From: Bacteroidales bacterium
GTDB taxonomy: Bacteria; Bacteroidota; Bacteroidia; Bacteroidales; UBA12077
Direction of reading: 5' to 3'
DNA: 48,724 nt
Assembly: GCA_028282585.1 (NCBI GenBank)
Contig: JANQHR010000027.1
Span: forward strand, 1-48,724
The notes below the pieces were generated by a model. That model had not been told where the DNA came from and searched no databases. It saw only the letters and a list, made by a program, of their open reading frames with translations. The position numbers and the translations under genes are program-made. Below are positions 1 to 9,677 of this stretch, piece by piece. Position 1 is the stretch's first letter. Every line of letters starts with the position of its first letter.

Positions 1-1
1 T

Positions 2-394
2 AATTCAGTGACTGAGGTTGATTTTATAATTGACGGGAATGGAAAAGTCGGTATTGGAACCACCAACCCAAACTATTTACTTTCAGTAAAAGGAACCATT
101 GGTTGTGGAGAAGTAATTGTTGAAAATGTAACGGGTTGGGCCGATTTCGTTTTCGAAGACGATTACAACTTAATGCCATTACAAGAGCTAGATACTTACA
201 TTCAAGAAAACAAACATTTACCGGAAATTCCAACAGCAGAAGAAGTTCAAGAAAACGGTATTTCTATAGGTGAGATGAATGCGAAACTTCTGCAAAAAAT
301 AGAGGAATTAACTCTTTATGTAATTGAACTTCAGAAAAAGAATGAAGAACAAGATGAAATAATAAAACAATTAAAAAATAAAACCTCAGAATAA
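2..394 (+). CDS. 5'-truncated GIGT-repeat fibre-like protein with C-terminal chaperone/coiled-coil module (tail-fibre/peptidase S74-like)
   Basis: Frame is open back to the window edge. Contains GKVGIGTTNP, then WADFVFEDDY..HLPEIPTAEEV..LLQKIEELTLY. Stop overlaps the next start (TAATG 392-396). Confidence 0.8.
   Translation, partial: NSVTEVDFIIDGNGKVGIGTTNPNYLLSVKGTIGCGEVIVENVTGWADFVFEDDYNLMPLQELDTYIQENKHLPEIPTAEEVQENGISIGEMNAKLLQKIEELTLYVIELQKKNEEQDEIIKQLKNKTSE
80..310 (+). repeat. Direct repeat copy 1: fibre C-terminal module (copy 2 at 1456-1686)
   Basis: Ungapped alignment at offset 1376, about 90% identical by eye, differences mostly at third codon positions. Confidence 0.9.
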
Positions 395-1761
395 TGAAAA
401 GAATAGTTCTATTAAGTGTAGTTTTAGCATTTACTTTAAATGTACTTGGACAGGTTACAGACACTGGCAATGAAGTTGGTATAGGTAATACTAACCCTTC
501 TCAAAAGTTAAACGTTCAGGGAGATTTCATAGGATTTCCTGTAGCATCAGGTACTAACCAAACTTATGGCATTTATAGGATTGAGTCGACACAAACAAAT
601 TCCATATTGGATTTTGGCCTAAACGGAGGTTCAGAAGCATCTTCCTGGATTCAGGCTACTAACAGGACAAGTTTAGGAACGAATTATAAACTTTTATTAA
701 ACCCGAATGGAGGAAACGTAGGTATTGGAACTACAAACCCAAATTATGCTTTACTGCATCTAAATAGAAACTCTTTTGGCGAGAGTTCCATGTTAAGTTT
801 TAGTGTAAAAGATGGTACTTATAACCCAAGAATATATTTTAAACACCATACAAGCGAAACAAATCAATACCTCGAATTTACAAGTACATTTAGCACCCAA
901 GTTGGGTATGCAGATTATATTTTTTCTAATGGGAATATGGGTATTGGTACAATTGATCCGAACTATAAACTTGAAATTGTCGGAGATGGAACCAATTTAG
1001 CTTTAAAGAATGAGACTCAATCCATGACCGAGGAAGGTTTATTAAATACCATCAGAGGTTTAGATAAGGATAATAACGTATTATGGTATCTTGGTGATGG
1101 CTCCAGCACTAAACGTGTACTTTTAACGGCAAGAGGAGATGGTACATATCCTTTGGATTTTGAAGTAAATAGCCAAACTCGAATGCGAATAGCTACAAAT
1201 GGTTTTGTTGGAATTGGTACGATTGATCCTAATACTCCAATTCATATTTATAACTCAACAAATAATACAATATTTAAGGGTGAGAGTGGAGATCCTTATG
1301 TTCTAATGAATTTAAAAGATAACACAACTTCAGGGAGTGGATATTTTGTAAGTAGATCAGGTGATAATACATACTTTTATACCGCTGATAATGCTAGAAT
1401 GACTCTTTTAGGTAATGGTAATATTGGAATTGGAACAACTTCTCCAATCTATAAGCTTTCAGTTAAAGGAACCATTGGCTGCGGAGAAGTTATTGTTGAA
1501 AATGTAACGGGTTGGGCCGATTTCGTTTTCGAAGATGATTACCACTTAATGCCGTTACAAGAGCTGGATTCTTACATTCAAGAAAACAAACATTTACCGG
1601 AAATTCCAACAGCAGAAGAAGTTCAAGAAAATGGTATTTCTGTAGGCGAAATGAATGCGAAATTGTTACAAAAGATCGAAGAATTGACATTACATACCAT
1701 TGAACAACAAAAAATAATTGAATCACTTTTAAACAGAGTTGAAAACCTAGAAAATAAATAA
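394..1761 (+). CDS. Secreted GIGT-repeat fibre-like protein with C-terminal chaperone/coiled-coil module
   Basis: Sec signal MKRIVLLSVVLAFTLNVLG-Q. Five GIG[NT]xxP repeats separated by variable spacers. Same C-terminal module as 2..394. Confidence 0.85.
   Translation: MKRIVLLSVVLAFTLNVLGQVTDTGNEVGIGNTNPSQKLNVQGDFIGFPVASGTNQTYGIYRIESTQTNSILDFGLNGGSEASSWIQATNRTSLGTNYKLLLNPNGGNVGIGTTNPNYALLHLNRNSFGESSMLSFSVKDGTYNPRIYFKHHTSETNQYLEFTSTFSTQVGYADYIFSNGNMGIGTIDPNYKLEIVGDGTNLALKNETQSMTEEGLLNTIRGLDKDNNVLWYLGDGSSTKRVLLTARGDGTYPLDFEVNSQTRMRIATNGFVGIGTIDPNTPIHIYNSTNNTIFKGESGDPYVLMNLKDNTTSGSGYFVSRSGDNTYFYTADNARMTLLGNGNIGIGTTSPIYKLSVKGTIGCGEVIVENVTGWADFVFEDDYHLMPLQELDSYIQENKHLPEIPTAEEVQENGISVGEMNAKLLQKIEELTLHTIEQQKIIESLLNRVENLENK
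1456..1686 (+). repeat. Direct repeat copy 2: fibre C-terminal module
   Basis: Matches 80-310. Confidence 0.9.
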
Positions 1762-1766
1762 TAATT

Positions 1767-4700
1767 ATGAGAAAATTAAATAAATTAACAATAATACTCT
1801 TGCTATTAGTGAGTAACTCTTTTTCGCAGGAAAAGGCATTGGAAGTTTATGGTGAAATTCCTGGCGAATGCCAATATTTCATAATTCCGAACGGAACAAA
1901 AAATGTTGGCAGTAAAGCGGGCTTTTTTACAATAAATGTTGTAACAACTGGAATGGCTTGTCGTTGGTTTTGTGGTGATAATGCTAATTGGATAACAACT
2001 TTACCAACCAACGGAACCGATGATGGGATAGTAAGTGTAAGTTATCAAGCAAATCCAAATGATGTTGAGCGAACAGCAGTAATTACCATAATGGGTAATA
2101 CCTTAACCGTTATACAAGCTGCAGCCGGAAGCGACTGCCCTGATTATGAACCCCAAAAAACCATAACAAAAAGTGAACAAATGAGTGATTGGGACTGTGA
2201 TATTCAAAATGGTATATTAGAAGCCAGGGATCGTGTCTCCTTAACAGGTGCATTCAATTATTCCGCAAGTACCGATGATCCATTAACCATTAAAGCAAAT
2301 CCTGATATTATTTTAGATGCAGATTATTTATCCATACCAACAAATGCAACTACCCGCGATGTAAAAACAACAGGAGCAAGTGTTGGAAGTATTCCAGGTA
2401 AAGCTGGGGTTTCACCATTAGGTGCTGCAACATATACTATTCCTATAGAAACACCGCAAGGTATTCAAGGTTTACAGCCTAACATTAGTATTACCTATAA
2501 CAGCCAGGCAGGTAAAACATTGCTAGGGAAAGGTTTTAGCATCGCTGGCCTTTCTTCAATAACAAGAACAGGAAAACATCACTATTTCGACAACGGGCAA
2601 GTAAGTGGTATCGCTTCTTCTGACAACGATAGGTTTGTTTTAGATGGAAGCCGGTTATTAGTTGTTGATGGTAACTATGGTACCTTAAATTCAGAGTATC
2701 GAACAGAACAAAACTCATTTAATAAGATTACATATGTAAATGGAACAAACGGAAAATATTTTAAAGTTGAAACAAAGGATGGAGGTACCATAGAGTACGG
2801 AAATACAAGCGACTCCAGGTTGTCTTTGTTGAATAATACTTATCCTTTAGCCTATAACATAAATAAGATTACCGACAAAAATGGTAATTACATTAAGTTT
2901 ACATATGAACAAGAGGATGGAGTTATAAGAATCAAAAGAATTGACTATACAGGCAATGTGGGTTTTGCACCACAACACTCAATTACATTCTATTATGATA
3001 AGCGTGCCGATGAAAAGACTGGTTATATTATAGGAAAGAAATTTGTTCAAAAAAATATTTTACGAGAAATAGTTGTTAGTACTAACGATAAAATTTACAG
3101 AAAATATAACTTTAAATATGCAAAGGATAATATAAATGAAAGCATATTATCCGAAATTGTATTAAGTAACAAGGCTGGAGAAGAACTCAACTCAACCGTT
3201 TTTGAATGGGGAGATTACAACAATACAATGACAAAAGATGTTGGCACACCTCCAGCTGTAACGGATGTTAGCCGCGATGACATCGCGTGTTTTTCAAATG
3301 ATATGGACTTGGATGGTTTATCTGACATAATATATTTTTATGAAAAGGACGGATACATATATTTAACTTTCAATTACACTAGGTCTGATTATCAGGGGAA
3401 TATTAATTATTGGGTGAGTGAAAGTGAAACTAGTTCTTTGGGGCCTAAGAATAATGGAGAATTAATAAGCGAAATTTTACCTTTCTGGGGAGATTTTTGG
3501 GGGACTGGAATTAACTATATGGTAATTCCCAGGTATAGTTTATATGATGGAAAAGTAGATAAAATAAATTTTGAATTTGCTACTACAGGTGGTTCGGATT
3601 TAGGAAACCGAACAGTTAATATAACTAATGGAGAAATGCCTTTATATGCACGAACAGATTTTGACCTGGATGGTAAATCAGAAATTTTTATTCTTGAAAA
3701 GGAAGATACAGATGGTAATTATAAGGGAACTTTATTAACGTTGGTAAGCGGAGGGGTTTGGTCAGATGATAACTATGCTTTTAATTTATCGGAACAACCA
3801 AGGGCAATGCTAACAGGAGATTACAACAATGATGGATTAACCGATTTAAGAATTGTTACCAAAAGAAAAATATACACTTTTAAAAATGTAAACGGTACAA
3901 TTGATGATACAAGTTATACTGTAAAAGATTTTTCAAATATCCAGTGCAACGAAGCTCGCAATGGAGACTTTAACGGAGATGGAGCATTAGATGTGCTTAT
4001 AGTTGGAGAGAATGATGAAGTTGTAGCTGTGGCTTATGGTAACGGAAATTATGGTGTTACTATTGAGTATTATTCTTCAATTATGGGAATAGTTGATCCT
4101 GACACAGATAGGGATAACAATCAAGACAATGTAATGGTTATGGATTTTAACCACGATGGTTTAAGCGATTTTATTTTATTTGATGGAGTGTTTAAATGGG
4201 ATGGTTCTCATAAAGATTTTAAAGAATTTAATGTTTATTGGTACCAATCAAATGGAAATGGATTTACACTAAAAGAAAAAGCAACTACTACAAATCAAAA
4301 TCATGCCTATAGGAAGTTTTATACTGCAGGCGATTTTAATGGGGATGGGAGGCAAGATTTATTCAACTACGGCTTTGACTGTTTAGAAGAATCTACTTTT
4401 ACAAGCCTTGGCCGGTTTTACTATTCATTTAATACTAATTTCGAAGCTAATAAACTTATATCTATACATAACGGTTTTAATCATAAAACAGAGTTTAAAT
4501 ACCGCCCTTTAAGTTTTGGAGATAATTCATCAGGTACAGATTTTTACACAGTTGGAGGGGCTTACCCTTTCCATCCTTCAAATATATATCAGATTCCATT
4601 TTATGCTGTTGAAAAACTTACAACACCTGATGGTAAAGAAGGTGTAGTTAATACCAACTATTTTTACAAGGGTTTAAGAATTTATAAGCAAGGGAGAGGT

Positions 4701-7700
4701 ATGTTAGGGTTTGATAAAGTTACTACTTACAATGATAAAACTGGAATTTCTGTTATTTCTTCAAGCGAAATAAATGAGACTTACTATGTTCCTAGAACAA
4801 GCAAAACTATTATTAAATTTGGGGAGGACACTTTATCTTCAATTGAGAACACTTATATGCCAAAAAGTTTTGACGAAAACCCAAAACTATTATTTAACTA
4901 TGTTTATCTATCGGAAAGTAAAGATTATCTATTAGGTACATCTGAAAAATCTGAACTTGTAAGAAGTAATCTAAGTGGGGAAATAGGTAGGTATACAAAA
5001 CTATATAAAACCGGAAATAATGTTGATGGTAAAGATTACATATATAATACTTTTACTGATGTCGGGTCATGGTGTTACTCGCGAATATTAAGTTCTACAG
5101 TTACAAAAACTTATAAAACTGAAGATGATGACGTACAAAAATCGACATATAGTTACTATGATAATGGAAATATTAAGTCAAGTACTGCCAATGGTATAAC
5201 AGTAACTATTGATGAATATGACACTTTTGGAAATATAACAAAACAAACAACAAGTGGAGTACCAAATGAAGAATTAACTGTATTGTATTCATATGATCCA
5301 AGTAAACGTTTTGTAAAGTCTGTTACTAATCAGGAATTAGGCCAAACAAGCACCAACGCTTACAATGATTTGGGCCAATTAGTTTCAGAAACAGGCGTTG
5401 ATGGTTTAAAAACTTCTTACTCTTACGATAATTGGGGTAAATTAGTAAAAACAATTCTTCCTAACGGAAAAAAAATTGATTCTGAGCTTAAATGGGAAAC
5501 AGGATCAGATTATACTTATAGTGTAACTGAAAAACCTGAAGGATTTCCTGAAACCAAAACCTATTTCGATTCATTCGGAAGAGATTTAAAGAGCGAAACA
5601 ATTGGTTTTGGAAACAAAAAAATGATCTCAGAGGCTGAATATAACTCAAAAGGCCAGTTGGTGAAAACAATTTCGCCTTATTTCGAAACAGAAGACAATA
5701 CTGGCCATATTACAACTTATGGATATGATGATTATGGCAGGGCAACTTCTGTTACCACGAATGGTTTAACAACTGAAACTATTTATACCATCGGTGAGAA
5801 CCAGGTTGAAGAAAGGTACCCTTCCGGTAAATCAAAAATAGCATATAATAATGCCACTGGTAAAACCTATAAAATTACCAACAATGGAATCGATTTAGAT
5901 TACAACTATTGGAGTAACGGACAGGTTAAGGATATTACTGTTCCAGGAGCAACTGTTGGTTTAAAATACGATATCTATGGTAACCGTGATACACTAACTG
6001 ATCAAAATACCGGAAGCTACGATTTCGATCACGATGTTTATGGTAGGTTAACTCGCAAAGAAAGCCCTATTGGAACGTATACAGCTACATACGAGGATGG
6101 TAGGTTGAAAACCGAAGATGATGGAGAAAATGCGATAACCTATACTTACGTCGAAAATGGGAATGGAATAAATCAAATTGATAAGGTTATTTCTAATGGA
6201 GTTGAATTCCAGGATTTAGATTACGACGAATTTGGAAGAGTTGCAAAACTTTCCGAACAAGTTGGTGATAAAAAAATGGATGCAACGTATAGCTATGATA
6301 TGTATGGCAGGCAAACTGCAATAAATTATCCTGAAGGCTTTGGAATTAAATATGTTTACGATGCTACAACTGGAGATTTGACTGCAATTACTACAAACTC
6401 AGATGAATTAATCTGGCAACTGGAAGACATTAATTCACACAGCCAAATAGTACGTTTTAAAACAGGGAGCACTTCTAATCAGGTAGAAACAGTTTATAGT
6501 TACGATGGGTATAATATTCTTAATGGAATTAACACGGGTAGCACAACTATACAAGATATTACTTATGATTTTGATGAACGAGAGGGAACCTTAAACTTCC
6601 GGGATGGGGTTATAAAGGATGTTAACGAAACATTTACTTACGACAATCTAAACCAATTGGAAGGTGTTAGCAGCGATTTGTCTGATTTAAACTTAACCAT
6701 GGCTTATAATAACGGAGTAACAGGTAGAATGGAAAGTAAGTCGGATGTCGGTACTTTTGCTTACAATAGCTCACGCCCACATGCCATTACAACAATCGAT
6801 CCAGGAACAACGGGTTATTCTCCGGTAAATACTGATACTATTATTTATACCACTTTTGGTAAAGTTAAGCGGTTAGAGCAAGGGAATAATGATATCGAAT
6901 TTACGTACGGGCCAAATCATCAACGTAAAGTAATGGAAGTATATGAAGATGGTGTTTTAAAACGTAAAGTTTATTACTTCGGTAATTACGAGCGTCATGA
7001 AGTGGATGGATTGGTAAGCCATATTTATTACCTGTTTTCACCAAGCGGATTAACAGCTGTTTATAAAAAAGATGAAGGTGCTAACGGCGAAATGTTTTAC
7101 ATTCATAAAGACCACTTAGGCTCCATACATGCTGTTACCAACAAATACCAAAATGTAGTAGCACGATACCATTACACTGTGTGGGGAGTAAAACAAAATC
7201 TTAATGCAAATGGGAGTTCAGTTTCTGCAACAAATGCATTGCCTTGGTTACACCGTGGATATACAGGACATGAGCATTTAACAGAAGTGGGTTACATTAA
7301 CATGAATGGTCGCGTATACGACCCCGATTTGGGAATGTTTATTAGCCCCGATCCACATATTCAAGCACCGGAAGAACCAATTAATTTTAACCGATATGCT
7401 TATGTGTTAAATAATCCATTGATTTACACTGATCCGAGCGGTGAATTCTGGGATCAGATTATTGTAGGAGTAATTGGATTCGGCTATGGTTATGTTTCCC
7501 ATGGAATAGAAACAGATAATTGGGGATGGGATGCTGTAATTTCTGGTGGAATCCATGCTGCGGCATTCTTATATGGATACAACTCAAAAGATTTAGCTGG
7601 AGGAAGTGCGATAGCTGCTCTTGAATATGGAGCAACTTCAGTTGCTACAGATATTATATCATCTCAAATACCTTCTATGACTGTTCCGATTTCAGATGAT

Positions 7701-8426
7701 ATGGCTTTAACAATGTCTGCAGGTATAGGGTATGGATCAGGAAGTTTAGTTGGAGGAGTGAATATGAGTTTATCCTATCATAACAATGGTAATGTATATT
7801 CATTAAATGGTGGTGTGGGCACAAATCATGCTGCTTTTGGTGCTAGTTATTCAAATAGTAATTTTAGTGCATCTTATTATCTTACTAAGTATGGGAATGA
7901 ATATGGCCATTCCCAATGGGTTGGTGGAGTAGCAATCTCTTCAGGTCAGTTTTCTGCAAGATTGGAAAATGACTTTTTAGCTTGGCAAGGTCAAGACAGG
8001 TGGCGTTCCAATGCTGTTGAGTTAGGATTTTGGGGAGGAGATTTTGTTGTAGGTACTAATTTGTATAATAACTATCAGAAAAAAGATAGAGACCCTGTAG
8101 ATGATACAGGTGAGAATTATCACGCAAAAAAAGGATGGTTTGGGTTTGGTAATAAAATTAAAAGAGAGTATGGAACATGGGAAAATGGTCAAACTTATCG
8201 TAGTCCTTTGTGGTTTGGATTCAGAGCAGGTAATAATGTAACAAGAATTGGTTATAGCCATAGTACAATTCAACACGCAACTCAAAATTGGTTTGCTCAT
8301 CAAAGAGGATTTGGTCGATTGGGATTATTTGGATATGCAAATTATTTTAAGGGTTATGATTATTTTGATCAGGGAGGTTATGTGTATTCAGGATATTATA
8401 ATCCTTTTTCCTTATGGGGGAAATAA
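1767..8426 (+). CDS. Rhs/YD-repeat polymorphic toxin: signal peptide, BACON-like domain, SpvB/TcB-like N region, FG-GAP repeats, RHS core, Ntox23-like C-terminal toxin
   Basis: Signal MRKLNKLTIILLLLVSNSFS-Q. SpvB-like GAATYTIPIETPQG..PNISITYNSQ. Several GDFNGDG/DxDxDG repeats and YD repeats. Core RGYTGHEHL..YINMNGRVYDP..NRYAYVLNNPLIYTDPSG. Tip has ENDF..DRWR. Confidence 0.92.
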   Translation: MRKLNKLTIILLLLVSNSFSQEKALEVYGEIPGECQYFIIPNGTKNVGSKAGFFTINVVTTGMACRWFCGDNANWITTLPTNGTDDGIVSVSYQANPNDVERTAVITIMGNTLTVIQAAAGSDCPDYEPQKTITKSEQMSDWDCDIQNGILEARDRVSLTGAFNYSASTDDPLTIKANPDIILDADYLSIPTNATTRDVKTTGASVGSIPGKAGVSPLGAATYTIPIETPQGIQGLQPNISITYNSQAGKTLLGKGFSIAGLSSITRTGKHHYFDNGQVSGIASSDNDRFVLDGSRLLVVDGNYGTLNSEYRTEQNSFNKITYVNGTNGKYFKVETKDGGTIEYGNTSDSRLSLLNNTYPLAYNINKITDKNGNYIKFTYEQEDGVIRIKRIDYTGNVGFAPQHSITFYYDKRADEKTGYIIGKKFVQKNILREIVVSTNDKIYRKYNFKYAKDNINESILSEIVLSNKAGEELNSTVFEWGDYNNTMTKDVGTPPAVTDVSRDDIACFSNDMDLDGLSDIIYFYEKDGYIYLTFNYTRSDYQGNINYWVSESETSSLGPKNNGELISEILPFWGDFWGTGINYMVIPRYSLYDGKVDKINFEFATTGGSDLGNRTVNITNGEMPLYARTDFDLDGKSEIFILEKEDTDGNYKGTLLTLVSGGVWSDDNYAFNLSEQPRAMLTGDYNNDGLTDLRIVTKRKIYTFKNVNGTIDDTSYTVKDFSNIQCNEARNGDFNGDGALDVLIVGENDEVVAVAYGNGNYGVTIEYYSSIMGIVDPDTDRDNNQDNVMVMDFNHDGLSDFILFDGVFKWDGSHKDFKEFNVYWYQSNGNGFTLKEKATTTNQNHAYRKFYTAGDFNGDGRQDLFNYGFDCLEESTFTSLGRFYYSFNTNFEANKLISIHNGFNHKTEFKYRPLSFGDNSSGTDFYTVGGAYPFHPSNIYQIPFYAVEKLTTPDGKEGVVNTNYFYKGLRIYKQGRGMLGFDKVTTYNDKTGISVISSSEINETYYVPRTSKTIIKFGEDTLSSIENTYMPKSFDENPKLLFNYVYLSESKDYLLGTSEKSELVRSNLSGEIGRYTKLYKTGNNVDGKDYIYNTFTDVGSWCYSRILSSTVTKTYKTEDDDVQKSTYSYYDNGNIKSSTANGITVTIDEYDTFGNITKQTTSGVPNEELTVLYSYDPSKRFVKSVTNQELGQTSTNAYNDLGQLVSETGVDGLKTSYSYDNWGKLVKTILPNGKKIDSELKWETGSDYTYSVTEKPEGFPETKTYFDSFGRDLKSETIGFGNKKMISEAEYNSKGQLVKTISPYFETEDNTGHITTYGYDDYGRATSVTTNGLTTETIYTIGENQVEERYPSGKSKIAYNNATGKTYKITNNGIDLDYNYWSNGQVKDITVPGATVGLKYDIYGNRDTLTDQNTGSYDFDHDVYGRLTRKESPIGTYTATYEDGRLKTEDDGENAITYTYVENGNGINQIDKVISNGVEFQDLDYDEFGRVAKLSEQVGDKKMDATYSYDMYGRQTAINYPEGFGIKYVYDATTGDLTAITTNSDELIWQLEDINSHSQIVRFKTGSTSNQVETVYSYDGYNILNGINTGSTTIQDITYDFDEREGTLNFRDGVIKDVNETFTYDNLNQLEGVSSDLSDLNLTMAYNNGVTGRMESKSDVGTFAYNSSRPHAITTIDPGTTGYSPVNTDTIIYTTFGKVKRLEQGNNDIEFTYGPNHQRKVMEVYEDGVLKRKVYYFGNYERHEVDGLVSHIYYLFSPSGLTAVYKKDEGANGEMFYIHKDHLGSIHAVTNKYQNVVARYHYTVWGVKQNLNANGSSVSATNALPWLHRGYTGHEHLTEVGYINMNGRVYDPDLGMFISPDPHIQAPEEPINFNRYAYVLNNPLIYTDPSGEFWDQIIVGVIGFGYGYVSHGIETDNWGWDAVISGGIHAAAFLYGYNSKDLAGGSAIAALEYGATSVATDIISSQIPSMTVPISDDMALTMSAGIGYGSGSLVGGVNMSLSYHNNGNVYSLNGGVGTNHAAFGASYSNSNFSASYYLTKYGNEYGHSQWVGGVAISSGQFSARLENDFLAWQGQDRWRSNAVELGFWGGDFVVGTNLYNNYQKKDRDPVDDTGENYHAKKGWFGFGNKIKREYGTWENGQTYRSPLWFGFRAGNNVTRIGYSHSTIQHATQNWFAHQRGFGRLGLFGYANYFKGYDYFDQGGYVYSGYYNPFSLWGK

Positions 8427-8428
8427 CT

Positions 8429-9088
8429 ATGAAATTATTTAAAGGATTTATTATAATACTGTTCTGTATACTTATTACTAGTTGTAATCTTCTTTTTATG
8501 CCTAGTGAACCTAAAAGTATGCTTAGAAATGGTTATACAAATAAATATACAGGTTTAGATACAATAATTAATATAAATGGTTTGTATTATATTCGTATAC
8601 CTCAAGAAAAAGTTAAAGAAATAACTCATCCTTATGACACAATCTATAATGCTTTTATGTTTCATCCATATGGTTTCTTTGAGATATCTAAAATGGATAT
8701 TATTATGCAAAAAGAATACTTAAAAGGGAAAAAACCTTCATATTTTAAATATGGAGAACATGGGTATTACAAGATAGTAGGAGATACAATCAAAGCAAGA
8801 TATGTTGAACCGCCAGGAGGAATGACATGGTATGCCGGAGAAAAATGGTTTAAGATAATTAATGAAAATACTCTTGAAGTTATCGCTGGTGAAGCAAGAA
8901 GCCTTAACTATATGGATTCAACAAGAAACTATATTTGTAGTTTTAAGGAACTTTCTTTTATGCCTCCTTATAATAAATCATGGTTAATTAGAAAGAAATG
9001 GTTTTGGGAAAATGAAGAAGACTTTAAGCAATGGAAAAAAGAACAAAAAAATATGAATTATGTAAAACCAGCTAGCGCGGATTTGTAA
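8429..9088 (+). CDS. Lipoprotein, probable cognate immunity protein of the Rhs toxin
   Basis: ATG 2 bp after the toxin stop; MKLFKGFIIILFCILITS-C lipobox. Start 8429 preferred to the track's 8414. Confidence 0.75.
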   Translation: MKLFKGFIIILFCILITSCNLLFMPSEPKSMLRNGYTNKYTGLDTIININGLYYIRIPQEKVKEITHPYDTIYNAFMFHPYGFFEISKMDIIMQKEYLKGKKPSYFKYGEHGYYKIVGDTIKARYVEPPGGMTWYAGEKWFKIINENTLEVIAGEARSLNYMDSTRNYICSFKELSFMPPYNKSWLIRKKWFWENEEDFKQWKKEQKNMNYVKPASADL

Positions 9089-9136
9089 TCCGGGCATTTG
9101 AATAAAAGTATGCACGGAAGGCATTTCCGTACCAGC
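9071..9136. repeat. Inverted pair of REP-like palindromes
   Basis: GCTAGCGCGGATTTGTAATCCGGGCAT (9071-9097) and its inverted relative ATGCACGGAAGGCATTTCCGTACCAGC (9110-9136). Each has an internal CGGA..TCCG hairpin. Confidence 0.55.
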
Positions 9137-9173
9137 GCAAAAAAAGAAATAGAAACTAAAAAAATAAAAGAAA

Positions 9174-9650
9174 ATGAAACTAAAAATTATACTAATAGCA
9201 TTTTTAGCCATAGTAAGTTTTAACAGCATGGCACAAACCGTCGAAATCATTTATGATTACGATGCTGCGGGTAACCGCATACAACGAGAGTATAAAGTTA
9301 TACCGGCAGCACCTGAAACTTTTAACGATACAGAAACCGCAAACAGCGAAGAAGCTTTGGAAGGCGAAGGGATTACAGAGCCCGAAGTTTACAACGATTT
9401 GGTAGCCGAAAAACAGTTTAACATTTATCCTAACCCAACACGAGGTAAATTAAAAATAGATATGTTAAATTATAGTTTCGGTACGGAAGGTATTATCCAG
9501 GTATTTGATCTGAATGGTCGCTTGGTGAAACAAGTTACAAAACTTGAAGTTAGCATGGAGCTGGATATTACCAACGAACCTGCCGGTACTTACATTATGG
9601 TTATTGTCGTCGGCAACGAAAAATCGGAATGGAAAATCGCTAAACAGTAA
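9174..9650 (+). CDS. Small T9SS type A sorting-domain protein with a single YD-like repeat
   Basis: Signal peptide (SMA-Q), YDYDAAGNRIQR, acidic linker, CTD IYPNPTRG..VFDLNGRLV..GTYIMVI..KIAKQ. Confidence 0.88.
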   Translation: MKLKIILIAFLAIVSFNSMAQTVEIIYDYDAAGNRIQREYKVIPAAPETFNDTETANSEEALEGEGITEPEVYNDLVAEKQFNIYPNPTRGKLKIDMLNYSFGTEGIIQVFDLNGRLVKQVTKLEVSMELDITNEPAGTYIMVIVVGNEKSEWKIAKQ

Positions 9651-9677
9651 GTTATAAAAACCTTTACACAAAAACTT

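Noticed and set aside
80-1686. Diversity-generating retroelement TR/VR pair
   Set aside because: Both copies are coding, differences are mostly synonymous and not adenine-specific, and there is no reverse transcriptase nearby.
2-1761. Prophage or tailocin, suggested by tail-fibre-like proteins
   Set aside because: The complete gene has a Sec signal, and no capsid, tail tube/sheath, lysis or integrase genes are in the window.
1767-8426. T6SS Rhs effector
   Set aside because: Has a Sec signal and SpvB/FG-GAP N-region; no PAAR, VgrG or EagR in view.
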